Notes: a model not told the origin generated them from the sequence alone. Numbered from the stretch's first letter, positions 37,464 to 49,415 are shown. The stretch: DNA of 64,000 bases from Candidatus Brocadia carolinensis (GCA_002009475.1 AYTS01000035.1:4710-68709); one strand, 5' to 3'. Made by a program: numbers and translations.

Positions 37464-39210
37464 TTAGTTTGCTTTCTGTTGATCGGTTTTAGGAATGTTT
37501 GCATCTTCTTTACCTTCTGCACTGTCTTGCAAGCTGATTTCCAGCTTTTTTCCCTCGCCTTCTTTTAGCTCAATTCTCTGGGTAACTGTCTTGAAACCTG
37601 TTTTTGTTACAGTCATGTTGTAGGTATCTGCATCTAAATTATCACACGCGAAAAGTCCTTGATCATCAGAAGATATCACATGGAAAGCTTTTTTTCTTTG
37701 TTTTTGTTCCTTTAAGACGTATTTTCACAGATTCTATCGCTTCTCCCTTCTGCAAGAGGACGACTTTGCCATAAATCCTGCCTTTCAGGGGTTGTGTTAC
37801 AAAGGTCATTTCTGCTCCGGAAGCAGCGCCGGCACTATTTCGAGCGACCAGCCGGTAATAATAGGTCGTTCCTGCCTGCAATCCGCTTATCCGGTTGCCT
37901 ATCGGCTTGTCGCGCTCAACATCTTCGATATCCTGCACGGAAGACGTGTTGCTATAGTGTCCACTGCTCGTGCCGTACTGGAACCACGCTGTTGTTAATC
38001 CCATGGCATGCACTGTTCCGCTCAAGGTAGCCAGGTCTGTGGTTACGCTTGCTGCAGGTCCTGTTGTCACCCAGGGTACGTTGTCTCCGGTGATATACGT
38101 TATCGTTATCTTTGCTATCCCCGTGTTGCCCACACGGTCGGAGGCCTTTACGGTTATTACATTGTCCCCTCTCGCGAGATCAATATTGGGAATAATCCAG
38201 TCGACCATATTTCTTTTCGTGTCGTCCTTTCCCCTGCTATTCGTCCATATGATGCTGCTTACTTCATTGATATCATCTGACGCATTCCCGCCGATGCTCA
38301 TGGTTTCGTTGGTAGTCGTATAGGTCTGATCGGAGGTTGGAATCTGAATCGTGATTCGTGGCGGTGTTGTGTCCACAATGATGGTGTCGCTCGTGGTATC
38401 CGATATGTTTCCGGACGCATCCTTATACCAGACATACACGGCGTTGTCGCCGTCGCCGTTATCTAAGGTGTAGGAGACTTCATCCAGATACTCTGTGGTT
38501 GCCGGTATTGATGTCCAGCCGGTGGAATATTGAGAAGGTGGTGTAGCGTTTGCCGAGAGATAATAACCCGTTATCCCTGTATTATCAGTGGCAGAAAGGT
38601 TGACGGTAACCGTTAAGGAGTTTGTGCAATGGTCTCCGGCGTTAATCCTGATCGAGCCCGTGGGTGGTGTTGTTTCTGCTGCGATTGACGAATTGATGTC
38701 GACGGTTGTGAATGACAGCTCTTTTCCATACGACGTTCCGGCGTCGTTCTTTCCCACCAGGCGATAATGATAGGTTGCACCCGGAAGCAGTTCAATGATT
38801 CTGATACTTATTTCTGTGTCGCTTGTTCCAATCACGGTTTGCGTTGCAACCGTGCTTCTCGAGGTGCCATTGACAATCCGGTATTGAAGCCATACGGCCG
38901 TTGATAATCCATGGGCATTTACCATTCCCTGGATTATTGCTGAATTGTTTGTGATTTTTGAAGCCTGGCCGGTTACGATGATAGGTGCATTAGCAGGGGG
39001 TTGTGGATTGTAAGCTTCTGGTTGGGAAAGAAAAGGCAGGGAACCCGTAGCCTGGCAGTATATTCTGTCTTCTGAACGGCGTGGGGATGACTCGCAGGTA
39101 AAGCAGTAAAACGCCAGGACGAGAGGAAGCGCCACTACCATGAGCCGAAAGAAGCGAGGCACAAATTTTATCAGCGTGTCTGCAATGAACCTGCGTTGTT
39201 TATTTCTCAT
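37464..39210 (-). CDS. Cell-surface protein with FN3-like and Ig-like modules and a C-terminal carboxypeptidase-regulatory-like domain; frameshifted as assembled at run 37689-37695
   Basis: N-terminal signal anchor. Two similar modules end ..GATYHYRLVGKNDAGTSYGKELSFTT and ..GTTYYYRLVARNSAGAASGAEMTFVTQ. Deleting one base joins ..KGTKTKKKAFHVISSDDQGLFACDNLDADTYNMTVTKTGF.. (CarboxypepD_reg-like). Confidence 0.65.
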
Positions 39211-39563
39211 AAGCGTCCCTTACTGAAAAATGGTTGGTATGTTATCTATTATTTCTTACACCGTTCTTGTAACGTTGTATAGCTTTGACAAGGTACACCG
39301 CTTGAGCGCCAAATGCAACAGAGATTTTATAAAGATTTCAATGTTTCAAATGCTTTCAAGGGAACGATCAAATCCAATGGGACAGACAGGAATGCTGTGG
39401 TGGAGGATCTGCAAGAAGAACTGAAGAAGGGAGGTAGGATACGGGGAAAGAACAGGGTGTAATTTCTCAAGGTCTGTCAAAAATCAGCACGCAGAAAACA
39501 ATAGCGGCATTGCTACCTATCTGTCACAATTCGGTTTTGATTTTTGGATTGCGTTATAAATAT

Positions 39564-39647
39564 TGCCGAAGCAGGGAGTTGAACCCTGACCCCGTTGCCG
39601 GGACTAGACCCTGAATCTAGCGCGTCTGCCAATTCCGCCACTTCGGC
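39564..39647 (-). tRNA. tRNA-Leu (anticodon CAG)
   Basis: Minus strand: GCCGAAG-UG-GCGGAAUUGGCAGACGC-G-CUAGA-UUCAGGG-UCUAG-(long variable arm UCCCGGCAACGGGGU)-CAGGG-UUCAACU-CCCUG-CUUCGGC-A. This is a class II cloverleaf with anticodon loop UUCAGGG. No CCA is encoded. Confidence 0.9.
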
Positions 39648-39787
39648 TAGCAATGAATTTTAAAAAAAAATAGATGTTTAAGTCAAAGGAATTTTAGAAA
39701 TTGACCTTGCATTCATGCTGGCAATTTGTTACGATTTTTCATCGATTTTTAGTTATTTGACAACTACTTATTATTCATCATGCTCTC

Positions 39788-40225
39788 ATGGAAATTATTG
39801 CAAAAAACCGGAAGGCATATTTCCAATATGAAATCCTGGAAAAGCTTGAGACAGGTATTGTCCTTACGGGAACAGAAGTTAAATCAATACGAAATAGGGA
39901 TGTAAGTATCAATGAAAGTTTTGCCCACATCGATCATGGGGAGGTTTTTATCCATGAAATGCATATTGGGCAATATAAGCAAGGAAACAGACAAAATCAC
40001 GAACCGAAAAGAGTGAGAAAGCTCCTTTTGCATAAAAGGGAAATCAATAAGATCATTGGGAAGGTTAAGCAAAAGGGATATACGATGATTCCTTTATCTC
40101 TCTATTTCAAGGAAGGTCGTGTGAAGGTAGAGCTCGCCCTTGTGAGAGGAAAGACGACTATCGATAAACGGGAAGATATTAAGAAGCGCACCATTGAGAG
40201 GGAAATCCAGAGGGCAATGAGGTAG
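39788..40225 (+). CDS. smpB: SsrA-binding protein
   Basis: 145 aa with IAKNRKAYFQYEILEKLETGIVLTGTEVKSIR and a basic C-terminal tail. Confidence 0.9.
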   Translation: MEIIAKNRKAYFQYEILEKLETGIVLTGTEVKSIRNRDVSINESFAHIDHGEVFIHEMHIGQYKQGNRQNHEPKRVRKLLLHKREINKIIGKVKQKGYTMIPLSLYFKEGRVKVELALVRGKTTIDKREDIKKRTIEREIQRAMR

Positions 40226-40274
40226 CATTTGGGGGTCTTTCTGGAAATCCACAGACTATACTGAAAGGGAGAAT

Positions 40275-40694
40275 ATGCCTTCTGCAAGAATATTGATCAT
40301 AGAAGACGAACGTCAAACAGTAGATACCTTACGGGATCTATTTGAGCAGAACGGTTACGAAACAGAAGTTGCCCTGAGTAAGCCAGTGGCACTAGCCATT
40401 CTGCAAGAAAGAAAGATGGACCTTGCAATTATTGGCACAATGGTTCAGGAGATTTCTGGTGTAGAAATTTTATGTGAAATCAGAAAAATAATTCCCAATA
40501 TCCCTGTTATGGTAATTGGCGATCAAAAATTAAAACGTATAGAATCTTCTTTTATGAAAGCGGGTACAAATATTTTTGTTGTAAAGCCTTTAGAATCAAC
40601 ATTTGTCTTGCAAACGATTGAGAATTTGTTGAGACCACGGTGTACACCCGCGGTGACAAGAAAAACAAGACTGTACTCAAAAAGCAAGAAATAA
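40275..40694 (+). CDS. Stand-alone receiver-domain protein lacking the phospho-acceptor Asp (pseudo-receiver)
   Basis: CheY fold with ILIIEDE (acidic pocket) and VVKPL (conserved Lys). Aligned with CheY from memory, D57 is Gly (MDLAIIGTMV) and T87 is Gly (PVMVIGDQ). Confidence 0.7.
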   Translation: MPSARILIIEDERQTVDTLRDLFEQNGYETEVALSKPVALAILQERKMDLAIIGTMVQEISGVEILCEIRKIIPNIPVMVIGDQKLKRIESSFMKAGTNIFVVKPLESTFVLQTIENLLRPRCTPAVTRKTRLYSKSKK

Positions 40695-40718
40695 CTCTTT
40701 TTTGTTACTGCAAGATAT

Positions 40719-42209
40719 ATGTGGTGTTGTCGATTCAAAATAAAGACGTGTTTGAATACCTTTGCGTTACTTGTGGTATTTTGTGCGCTTTTTGCCGCAT
40801 TTTTAGAAGCGAAGATAACCAGTTCTGACGATCTCAACAAACGCCTCCAACTTTTTTTAAAAAATCCATCCCTGAAAAATGTATCGTGTGGCGTTAGTAT
40901 TGTGTCCGTGAATAAAAACTCGTCCTTATTCAATTACCGGAACAATGATTTATTCAGCGTTGCTTCGAATATGAAGCTTCTTACTACGGCTGCTGCATTG
41001 GAATATCTTGGTCCTGATTTCGAATATAAAACAACTGTCGGGGCACGGGGTACCATAGCGGCATCAGGAGAGCTTTGTGGGGACATTGTTATCAAGGGCA
41101 GTGGTGACCCGAATATATCAGGCAGGTTTTATCAGGGCAATATCCTGGCTATTCCGGAATCATGGGCTTATGCTGTCAGAAGTAAAGGGATTCGGGTAAT
41201 CACAGGTGATATTATAGCAGATGACACGATATTCGATCGTATCTATACGCATCCAAATTGGCCGGAAAATCAATTATCAGAGTGGTATTGTGCTCCAAGC
41301 TGCGGTTTGGCATTTAATGATAACTGTGTCGATATTACCCTCCTTCCCGGCAAAAAGCCAAGGGATGTTGTAAAGCTTTTAGTTGAGCCGCGTACGTCAT
41401 ATTTTACCATCAGCAATACCAGTGTTTATACTTCCAACAAAAAAGAGCATCTTTACTCTATTTCCAGGAAACCGGAAACGAATGAAATATTGATCAAGGG
41501 CAAGTTTTGGGTCAATGCATCACCCGAGAAGACGTGGGTTAGTGTTCACAATCCCTCCCTGTATCTTGCGACAGTTTTTAAGGAAATTCTCGAGAAAAAT
41601 GGTGTTGAAGTACGTGGGAATGCCAGATTAATTGATGAAGGCGGTGCTGCTGAATCAGATTTAACCGTAATTACCCAAACTACCTCTACCATGGAACAGA
41701 CCATTCTGGTAACGAACAAACAGAGCCAGAACTTTTATGCCGAACAAATATTAAAAACCCTGGGTGCGCAGATAAAAGGCAGAGGGACTTCAGAAGCAGG
41801 GATAGAGGTTATTCAGGATTTTATGAGTAAAATAGGGTTTCAACCCGGAGAATATCGTATTGATGATGGGTGTGGTTTATCAAGAGACAACCGTCTTTCT
41901 CCTAAAATGATGACCACGCTTCTTGCGCATATGAGTAAACATTCGTACGGAAGGGTGCTGTGGAATTCTTTGCCCACCTCAGGAATAGACGGAGGATTAC
42001 GGCGGCGAATGGAGGCCCCAAAATATAGAAGTAAAATTCATGCAAAGACGGGATATATTGCAAGGACATCAACACTTTCCGGATATATTGATACTACAAC
42101 GGGAGATGTGCTTGCATTTTCAATTCTCATGAATAATTTTAAAAACCTTAAAGTAATGCAGAACATACAGGACGATATTTGTCAGGCCATGGTAGACTGT
42201 TATCAGTAA
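40719..42209 (+). CDS. dacB: D-alanyl-D-alanine carboxypeptidase/endopeptidase (PBP4, peptidase S13)
   Basis: Signal peptide. SxxK motif in FSVASNMKLLTTAAALEYLGPDFEYKT, plus DGCGLSRDNRLSP and the KTG motif (IHAKTGYI). Confidence 0.85.
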   Translation: MWCCRFKIKTCLNTFALLVVFCALFAAFLEAKITSSDDLNKRLQLFLKNPSLKNVSCGVSIVSVNKNSSLFNYRNNDLFSVASNMKLLTTAAALEYLGPDFEYKTTVGARGTIAASGELCGDIVIKGSGDPNISGRFYQGNILAIPESWAYAVRSKGIRVITGDIIADDTIFDRIYTHPNWPENQLSEWYCAPSCGLAFNDNCVDITLLPGKKPRDVVKLLVEPRTSYFTISNTSVYTSNKKEHLYSISRKPETNEILIKGKFWVNASPEKTWVSVHNPSLYLATVFKEILEKNGVEVRGNARLIDEGGAAESDLTVITQTTSTMEQTILVTNKQSQNFYAEQILKTLGAQIKGRGTSEAGIEVIQDFMSKIGFQPGEYRIDDGCGLSRDNRLSPKMMTTLLAHMSKHSYGRVLWNSLPTSGIDGGLRRRMEAPKYRSKIHAKTGYIARTSTLSGYIDTTTGDVLAFSILMNNFKNLKVMQNIQDDICQAMVDCYQ

Positions 42210-42219
42210 AGGTCATATT

Positions 42220-42835
42220 ATGAGTGAGCATATTAAAAAAGTATATTCTTTTTATTCGTGGATTTATGATGCCTTCTTTGGAAAAATTTTTGAGCATGGG
42301 CGGTACGTTGCTTTTCACATGATGGATGTGAAGGCCAATGAAACCGTACTTGAGGTTGGCGTGGGGACCGGATTATCGTTACCTCTCTATACAAAAAATG
42401 TCAAGGTCGTAGGAATAGACATTAGCCGGGAAATGTTGGACAAAGCGGAACTAAAAAAAACAGCATTATAATTTATCCAATGTAAATCTCTACAATATGG
42501 ATGCCTCATCGATGAACTTTGCGAACAATACCTTTGATAAAGTCATCGCCTCTCATGTTATCACGGTAGTGCCTGATCCCTTACGTACTTTAAGTGAAAT
42601 AAAAAGGGTATGCAAAAAGGATGGAGAAATTTTTATATTAAATTATACGGGTTGTAACAACAAAGTTATCTCAGGCTTCGAAAAATTCATTTCTCCGTTC
42701 AGGGATAAAATAGGTCTGGGGAAGCATGTCGATTTAGACGAGATGTTGAAGTGCGCCAACCTTTCTATCCTCAGCGAACGCCGGGTCAATTTTCTGGAGA
42801 TGTGCCGGCTCATAAAATGTAAAAATAATTCCTGA
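42220..42835 (+). CDS. Class I SAM-dependent methyltransferase (UbiE/Methyltransf_11-like); frameshifted as assembled at A8 42453-42460
   Basis: Motif I VLEVGVGTG. Deleting one A joins ..DKAELKKQHYNLSNVNLYNMDASSMNFANNTFDKV.. to ORF 42497..42835. Confidence 0.75.
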
Positions 42836-42888
42836 GCTTAACCACCCGCTTGGCGGGTGGTTAAGGGCTCTGGTTTCCCCTTAGGCAA

Positions 42889-44193
42889 CTACATCTTTCG
42901 GCCAATACAGAGATAATTAAATCCCAGGCTTTCCATTTTTTGGGGCTGGTATATATTCCTGCCGTCGATTATATTGGGATGTAGTAAGAGACGTTTGATT
43001 TTCTTTAAATTAAGGTCTCTGAACTCATTCCATTCTGTTACGATGACCAATGCATCACATCCAGCAACGGTCGTGTATGGATCGCTACAAAAGGTTATGT
43101 TTTTCAAGACCTTTTTTGCAGTTTCTTGAGCCTCGGGGTCGAAAGCCTTGATTTTCGCCCCCTCTTTCTGCAGTTGGCGAATGATTAATATCGATGGCGC
43201 TTCCCGCATATCGTCTGTTTTCGGCTTAAAAGCTAATCCCCAAATAGCGATGCTTTTCCCTTTCAAGACAGGTACCAGCTTTTTAATTTTGTGAATAAGA
43301 GATCTCTTCTGTTGCTCGTTTACCTCGTCAACCGCAATTAAAATCTTAGCATCCAGGTCATTTGCTTTCATGATTTGGGCAAGTGCTTTAACATCTTTCG
43401 GAAAACAAGAACCACCATACCCGACTCCTGCCTGGAGAAACCGAGGGCCAATTCTGGAGTCCAGGCCAATTCCCCGTGCAATTTCTTTGATATCTCCGCC
43501 TACTTTTTCACATAATTGTGCCATCTCATTCATGAATGAAATGCGGGTAGCAAGCATGGCATTGCTGGCATATTTAATTAATTCTGCACTCCGAATATCA
43601 GTAAACATGATGGGTTTGTCTATTCGGGAAATACCGCTATATATGGACGTCATAATATTTTTAGATTTATCATTCTGCACACCAATTACGATCCTGTCAG
43701 GATTTGTGAAGTCCTTAATAGCCTGACCTTCTCGCATAAATTCCGGATTTGAAACGAGGTCATACTTGATGGCCTTGGCCTGGGATGATTTTATGGTCGC
43801 TCCAATCTTTTCTACAGTTCCTACTGGAGCGGTACTCTTGTTCACAATAACTTTATGTCCATTCATATATTGACCAATGCTTTTGGCAACAGCAATAATA
43901 GCGGAGGTATCTGCGCAATCGTTAGCATCTGGTGGCGTTCCCACGGCAATAAAAATCACTTTAGATTTTTGAATCCCTGCTTTTATGTCGGTTGAAAAGA
44001 CAATTCTTTTTTCTCTCGCATTCCTATCGAGCATGTCTTTCAGTCCGGGTTCATAGATAGGGATAATTCCGTTTTGCAGATTCTCTATCTTGGCTTTATC
44101 CACATCGATGCAAATTACATCATTTCCCATATCAGCCAGGCATACAGCAGCAACAAGGCCCACGTAACCACATCCAATGCAACAAATTTTCAC
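42889..44193 (-). CDS. ugd: UDP-glucose 6-dehydrogenase
   Basis: MKICCIGCGYVGLV Rossmann motif, NPEFMREG, and the catalytic-Cys region GVGYGGSCFPKD. Confidence 0.9.
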   Translation of the reverse strand: MKICCIGCGYVGLVAAVCLADMGNDVICIDVDKAKIENLQNGIIPIYEPGLKDMLDRNAREKRIVFSTDIKAGIQKSKVIFIAVGTPPDANDCADTSAIIAVAKSIGQYMNGHKVIVNKSTAPVGTVEKIGATIKSSQAKAIKYDLVSNPEFMREGQAIKDFTNPDRIVIGVQNDKSKNIMTSIYSGISRIDKPIMFTDIRSAELIKYASNAMLATRISFMNEMAQLCEKVGGDIKEIARGIGLDSRIGPRFLQAGVGYGGSCFPKDVKALAQIMKANDLDAKILIAVDEVNEQQKRSLIHKIKKLVPVLKGKSIAIWGLAFKPKTDDMREAPSILIIRQLQKEGAKIKAFDPEAQETAKKVLKNITFCSDPYTTVAGCDALVIVTEWNEFRDLNLKKIKRLLLHPNIIDGRNIYQPQKMESLGFNYLCIGRKM

Positions 44194-44225
44194 ATACCCC
44201 TCCTCTTCTCTAAAAGGTTTTTCCT

Positions 44226-44275
44226 AAAAAAAAAAGCAGTAAGAAAATGAGTTAATCATTCATCATTACTGCTTT
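44226..44275 (-). terminator. Intrinsic terminator after the 44301..45023 gene
   Basis: Minus strand aagcagtaa-(23-nt loop)-ttactgctt followed by a T10 run. Confidence 0.55.
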
Positions 44276-44300
44276 TTAAACTTCTAAGAAACACTTTGTT

Positions 44301-45023
44301 TTAAGGTAAAGGATTTTTTATCAACTTCGAGCGAAAAGCGTTTGCTGTTTTTCCAATACGGTATTCACCATCCACGGCGATAATAACTTCCTTAACCATG
44401 CTATTGGATGACACATTTTCCGGTTCACCGTCACTCAATATAACGTAATATGATAATGACCAATCTTTTATATCTTTATCCGGATCTACAAATAAAGACC
44501 CAATTTTCTTCGAGAGATCGTTGACCTTTTCCGTAACAAAGATAAGACGGATATTGTTATAATTAATCAAACGCTCCTGAACTACCTTTGAGCATTGGTA
44601 AGCATGTTTGAACTCGGGAACCAAGTCGGCAACTTTTCCTAAAGGAATAGGGTTGTTAAGGAATTTTATCGTGCACTCCTTAACTCGGTAAGTTTTTTTC
44701 CCTTCAGACATATCCTCGCCGTAATAAAATCGGTATTCCAAATCATTACCATTCTTTTTCAGATAATAAAAATCATGAACCACAACGTCATACAAGAACG
44801 TTGCCCTAAGGCTATTTTCATCTTCCGGTTTGACGATCATATATCGCCGAAAAGGTTCCTCTTCACAATATAGGTAGGTCGGGTTTCCATACTTTTCATT
44901 GATTTCTGCCTTCGTTGACCACAGGATACCATCATCGAGCCGTTCACTTGCATGAAGGTTGGTTACCTGAAAAAGACAGGCACTAAATAAACCAAAAAGA
45001 ACAAACTTCAATTTCCTCTTCAT
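44301..45023 (-). CDS. Secreted hypothetical protein
   Basis: Signal peptide MKRKLKFVLFGLFSACLFQVTNLHA. No recognisable domain. AT-rich. Confidence 0.5.
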   Translation of the reverse strand: MKRKLKFVLFGLFSACLFQVTNLHASERLDDGILWSTKAEINEKYGNPTYLYCEEEPFRRYMIVKPEDENSLRATFLYDVVVHDFYYLKKNGNDLEYRFYYGEDMSEGKKTYRVKECTIKFLNNPIPLGKVADLVPEFKHAYQCSKVVQERLINYNNIRLIFVTEKVNDLSKKIGSLFVDPDKDIKDWSLSYYVILSDGEPENVSSNSMVKEVIIAVDGEYRIGKTANAFRSKLIKNPLP

Positions 45024-45427
45024 AAAATTCTCATCCCTTCTCAAATTTTTTGTCTAATACTTACCAGAATTGAGCCAAAAACATTGACTATTGCAGTAAA
45101 AATTTAAAAAAGGAAGTATATAAATATGTTCAATATTTGTCAATTAAATAAATTAGACTTTTTGTTTTCCGGAGTGAGATTATTTGCTATCGTCACTTTT
45201 CTGCGACAGAAAGGTTGGTTTTTCCCTGGTATTATTAAACCGAAGAAGGGTGCGGCGCTCGCTCTGATCATTAATCATTTTACCAATAAAAAAACAACGA
45301 TTAAATTCGTAAGGATTTTTAAGTGTTTGACAATCATACCTGCAATTTGTTAAAGATAAGAACGGCGGTCACCAAAATTTAATAAACCTCTTCTAAAAAA
45401 ACATTACTAAAAAGGACCAGAAAAAAC

Positions 45428-46155
45428 ATGGTGAAAAAAAATTTGTATTTCGGTAATGGTGCTCTTTTTTGCTTTAAAGACCTTGTATGCCTTTGAGAGT
45501 GGTACCCTTCGTGGAAGGGTTATTGATGGTTTTGGCAAACCTATCCCCTTGGCGAATATTGAGGCGTTGTCCGATGGATCAAAATCAAAAACCACTTCCG
45601 ATCAAACAGGAGCATTTTCTGTTAATTATAATCCTGGTAATATTAAGCTTACTTTTGTCAGGGAAGGTTATGTTCCGGCGTATATACCAATTTCTCTTGA
45701 TGAAAAAAGAGATTTTTCCATAGATGATATAACTTTATGGAAGATACCCTCTCATGGTGGACTTTTTTTTTGTGGGTGAGAGTACGTATTTAGAAATTAA
45801 CAAGGCGGAATATTATTTTGAAAGCAGCAGCAAGGAAAGGCGTTTTTACGTAAAAGGTACACCTACGGTGTTTAAAGGCCAAGCCTTGAGAATCATCGAT
45901 TTTCAGGTAGATAGTCCTCTTGTAATAGGAAAGACGCTCTACCAGGTGGACTCAAAAGATTCTGTAGGAAGTATCGTCTTTTATCCTTCGCAAAAATATG
46001 CACTCAATAAAGAGGAGGATTCCTATTCGAAAATTGCGGACAATATAGGCATGAGAAAGGTAACCCTGTCGCCAGGGCGCTATTTTTACTGTACAGGAGA
46101 GATTACCATACGATCAAAAGTCGGAAATGGATTCTTCTTTGAAATATCATCTTAG
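45428..46155 (+). CDS. Secreted protein with an N-terminal carboxypeptidase-regulatory-like domain; two homopolymer frameshifts as assembled (45434-45441, 45763-45771)
   Basis: Deleting one A gives the signal peptide [21 protein letters not shown]. Then [22 protein letters not shown]....[11 protein letters not shown] (CarboxypepD_reg-like). Deleting one T joins ..[20 protein letters not shown].. to ORF 45754..46155. Confidence 0.6.
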
Positions 46156-48002
46156 AGATGAGGATTTTTCTGGGTTGTGGCATTTCCGGAAATAAGCTTC
46201 CTTAGTTCGTCCCCTTCAACGACCTCCTTCTCCAACAGGAGTTTTGCGAGGGTGTCGAGGCGGTCTTTGTTTTCCGTGAGGATGCCTTTTACCCTGGCAT
46301 GCGTGTCAAATACAATCCTCTTGACCTCATTATCAATGTCTTTTGAGACATCTTCACTCAATTCGCGGCTCGTGCGATATCCGAAATCCAGGAACTGTGG
46401 CCTCCTGCCATTATGAAAGGTCATGGGGCCAAGTTTTTCGCTCATGCCATATTCGCGAACCATGCTCATTGCGATGTCTGTTGCTCGTTCCAGGTCGTTC
46501 TGCGCCCCTGTAGAGATTTCATGAAAAATAATTTCTTCTGCCACACGGCCACCCAGAAGCACGGCAAGTCGATCTAACAATTCCGATCTCGTCAGTAAAT
46601 AACGGTCCTCAGTAGGCAATTGCAAGGTATATCCAAGCGCAGAAATCCCGCGTGGAATGATTGAAATTCTGTGGACTTTATCGGCGCCCGGCACTGATTC
46701 CGCAACCAGGGCGTGACCAGACTCATGGTAGGCAATAATCTCCTGTTCTTTCCTGCTCATGACCTTTTTTTTCTTTTCGAGTCCGGCAATCACCCGATTA
46801 ATAGCCTCTTCAAAACTCTCCATTCCCACGGCATCTTTGCCCACGCGTGCAGCAAGCAATGCAGCTTCATTAACGACATTGGCCAGGTCTGCGCCGACAA
46901 ACCCGGGAGTCCGGGCGGCAACAATCTTAATGTCAACGTCCTTTCCGAGTTTTACATTTTTGCAGTGCACTTTGAGTATCTCTTCGCGTCCTTTGATATC
47001 CGGTCTGTCGACCAGAATATGCCGGTCAAATCTTCCGGGTCTCAATAATGCCGGATCCAGTATTTCCGGCCTGTTCGTCGCCGCCATGAGGATAACGCCT
47101 TTTCTCGTGTCAAATCCATCCATTTCAACGAGAAGCTGATTCAGGGTGTTTTCACGTTCTTCATGGCCGCCCGATACCGGCGCCGCTGCCCTTACCTTCC
47201 CCAAGGCGTCCATTTCATCAATGAAAATAATGCAAGGCGCCTTTTCCTGCGCCTGGGCAAATAAATCTCTTACCCGGGCGGCGCCTACTCCCACAAACAT
47301 CTCAACAAATCCCGATCCGCTTATGGAAAAAAACGGCACCTTTGCCTCCCCGGCGACCGCCTTGGCAAGCAAGGTCTTCCCTGTGCCCGTGGGTCCAACC
47401 AGCAATACTCCTTTGGGAATCTTTCCCCCTAATCGCTGATATTTTTGAGGGTTTTGCAAATAATCAATGACCTCTTTCAATTCTTCCTTGGCCTCATCAA
47501 CGCCAGCCACGTCATTAAAGGTAAAACCGGTGTCTTTGTCGATATACAGGTTGGCCCGGCTCTTGCCAATGGACATGAGCCCCGCACCTGGCGCACCTCG
47601 CCTGACACGCGTCATCATAATAAAAAAAATAATCATCGGGATGAACCAGAGTAGAAACAGGCTTTGTCCCCATCCGCCATCGGTTGTTGCAGAGAATTTT
47701 ACCTTGTGAGCGCTCAGTTCCTTGATCAGATCCGGGTCTTCGATCTTTACCGTTGTTACGCTTTTCCGTACCTTCTGCCCTTCCTCTGGTTTCAAAATTC
47801 CTTTGATCGTCGTGGGGCTTATAATCACTTCTTCTAGGCTGTTCTGTTGGATGAGCCCCTTAAAATCGCTGTAAGGAATCTTTTCCGTCGCAGGGAATAC
47901 GGCAAATGCATCACGGTGTATTATGAAAACCGTTAGGAATGCAAGGAGGAGGAGAGGGATGTGCGATATGTGTCGTTTTGTCATTTTAACAATTTCTCTC
48001 AA
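46152..48002 (-). CDS. ftsH: ATP-dependent zinc metalloprotease FtsH
   Basis: Two TM helices, AAA+ Walker A GPTGTGKT, Walker [12 protein letters not shown], and the zinc motif HESGHAL. Confidence 0.92.
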   Translation of the reverse strand: MREIVKMTKRHISHIPLLLLAFLTVFIIHRDAFAVFPATEKIPYSDFKGLIQQNSLEEVIISPTTIKGILKPEEGQKVRKSVTTVKIEDPDLIKELSAHKVKFSATTDGGWGQSLFLLWFIPMIIFFIMMTRVRRGAPGAGLMSIGKSRANLYIDKDTGFTFNDVAGVDEAKEELKEVIDYLQNPQKYQRLGGKIPKGVLLVGPTGTGKTLLAKAVAGEAKVPFFSISGSGFVEMFVGVGAARVRDLFAQAQEKAPCIIFIDEMDALGKVRAAAPVSGGHEERENTLNQLLVEMDGFDTRKGVILMAATNRPEILDPALLRPGRFDRHILVDRPDIKGREEILKVHCKNVKLGKDVDIKIVAARTPGFVGADLANVVNEAALLAARVGKDAVGMESFEEAINRVIAGLEKKKKVMSRKEQEIIAYHESGHALVAESVPGADKVHRISIIPRGISALGYTLQLPTEDRYLLTRSELLDRLAVLLGGRVAEEIIFHEISTGAQNDLERATDIAMSMVREYGMSEKLGPMTFHNGRRPQFLDFGYRTSRELSEDVSKDIDNEVKRIVFDTHARVKGILTENKDRLDTLAKLLLEKEVVEGDELRKLISGNATTQKNPHL

Positions 48003-48356
48003 TCACGCTACGCCAAAAATAAAACGTCGTTCGTCAAACGGGTATCATACGCTGATTAAGTATATCAAAGGATACATACCATTGGCAACGCATAATTTAT
48101 CCGTTTGCAGGTAAAGCTCGAATACTATTTGGCATTTCGTATTTTAAATATTACCAGTATACTTGGTGCTTGAACGGAAACGCTCCAAAGCTTAGGAGAA
48201 AAAGGCAAGGCAGGTGATAGCAGTTAAGGAGTGGATTGAAGATAGTCATGAGAAATGCCAAAATATGGTGAAAACAAAGGGGTTCCTGGTGTAAGGGGTC
48301 CAAATATTCGATACGATAACAAAAAGGTAAAGGGACATTCGGTAGAAAATGAGAAA

Positions 48357-48440
48357 GAGGTTTGAGCAGCAAATGCGGCTTGGCATCGTACCGATTTCAG
48401 AAGTAAAACTACCCATAAAGAGTCGGGCTAAATTCACATT
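48357..48440 (+). pseudogene. Possible N-terminal fragment of a DDE transposase
   Basis: MRKRFEQQMRLGIVPISEVKLPIKSRAKF then a stop. It resembles my recall of N-termini of some IS4-superfamily transposases. Weak. Confidence 0.25.
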
Positions 48441-48640
48441 CCTCCCTGCACCGTAAAATAATATTCCAAAGCAATGTCCCGTTCCGGGTTTTCATAAACA
48501 GAGACGCCGTATCTTTCCGGCGCCAGGGCAACAGGGATGTGCTTCCTCATCATGAAGGTCATAAGTCCCACCGAATGAATGTGCTCTTTATTCTCCTGCA
48601 GATAACGGATGCTGTCTTCCGCCTCGTTGTGCGTTTTTCA
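48434..48640 (-). pseudogene. Orphan C-terminal gene fragment (no start codon)
   Basis: The frame is open for 66 codons (..HNEAEDSIRYLQENKEHIHSVGLMTFMMRKHIPVALAPERYGVSVYENPERDIALEYYFTVQGGM*) and bounded upstream by TGA. There is no plausible start or RBS. Confidence 0.3.
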
Positions 48641-48833
48641 TGGGAATCCAAGGAATCCTATAGGAAACCTATCAGGATGTGGTCTTTAATCTTGATAGGC
48701 GGTTGTAGAAATGGTAGCTTATGTCTGTGACAAGACTTTTAACTATACCTTCACACAGAGAGATTGAAGGGGTCTTTGTGTTGCCGGAAAAATATCATTT
48801 TCCAAGTTGTGTTGGATAAGAGGGGGAGCGCAA

Positions 48834-49415
48834 ATGACAGCAAAAAAGATACTGATGCTTGTGGGTGACTATGTGGAAGACTACGAGGTAATGGTGCCTT
48901 TCCAGGCGTTGATGATGGTGGGGCATACGGTACATGCCGTTTGCCCTGATAAAAAGGAAGGCGAGAAGGTGCGCACGGCGATACACGACTTTGAGGGTGA
49001 CCAGACGTATAGTGAAAAGCCGGGGCATACCTTTACGCTGAATGCAACCTTTGATAAGGCAAAAGCAGCCGATTATGATGCCCTAGTTATTCCGGGAGGA
49101 CGTGCCCCTGAATATATCCGGCTCAACGAGCGTGTTTTAGAAATGGTTAGGCATTTTGCAGAAAAGAAGAAGCCCATTGCCGCCATTTGCCATGGCGTGC
49201 AGGTATTGACAGCGGCAGGTGTAATTAAAGGAAAAACATGCACGGCCTATCCGTCATTAGCGCCAGAGGTAAAACAAGCCGGTGGAAAATGGATCGATAC
49301 ACCATACAACGAAGCACAAATAGATGGTAACCTGGTTACCGCTCCCGCGTGGCCGGCTCATCCTGAATGGCTTTCCAAATTTATGGTTTTGCTGGGAACA
49401 AAGATAATTCTGTAA
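48834..49415 (+). CDS. DJ-1/PfpI-family protein (class I glutamine-amidotransferase-like)
   Basis: [26 protein letters not shown], and the nucleophile-elbow Cys in [12 protein letters not shown]. The start ATG at 48834 is preferred over 48807. Confidence 0.8.
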   Translation: MTAKKILMLVGDYVEDYEVMVPFQALMMVGHTVHAVCPDKKEGEKVRTAIHDFEGDQTYSEKPGHTFTLNATFDKAKAADYDALVIPGGRAPEYIRLNERVLEMVRHFAEKKKPIAAICHGVQVLTAAGVIKGKTCTAYPSLAPEVKQAGGKWIDTPYNEAQIDGNLVTAPAWPAHPEWLSKFMVLLGTKIIL

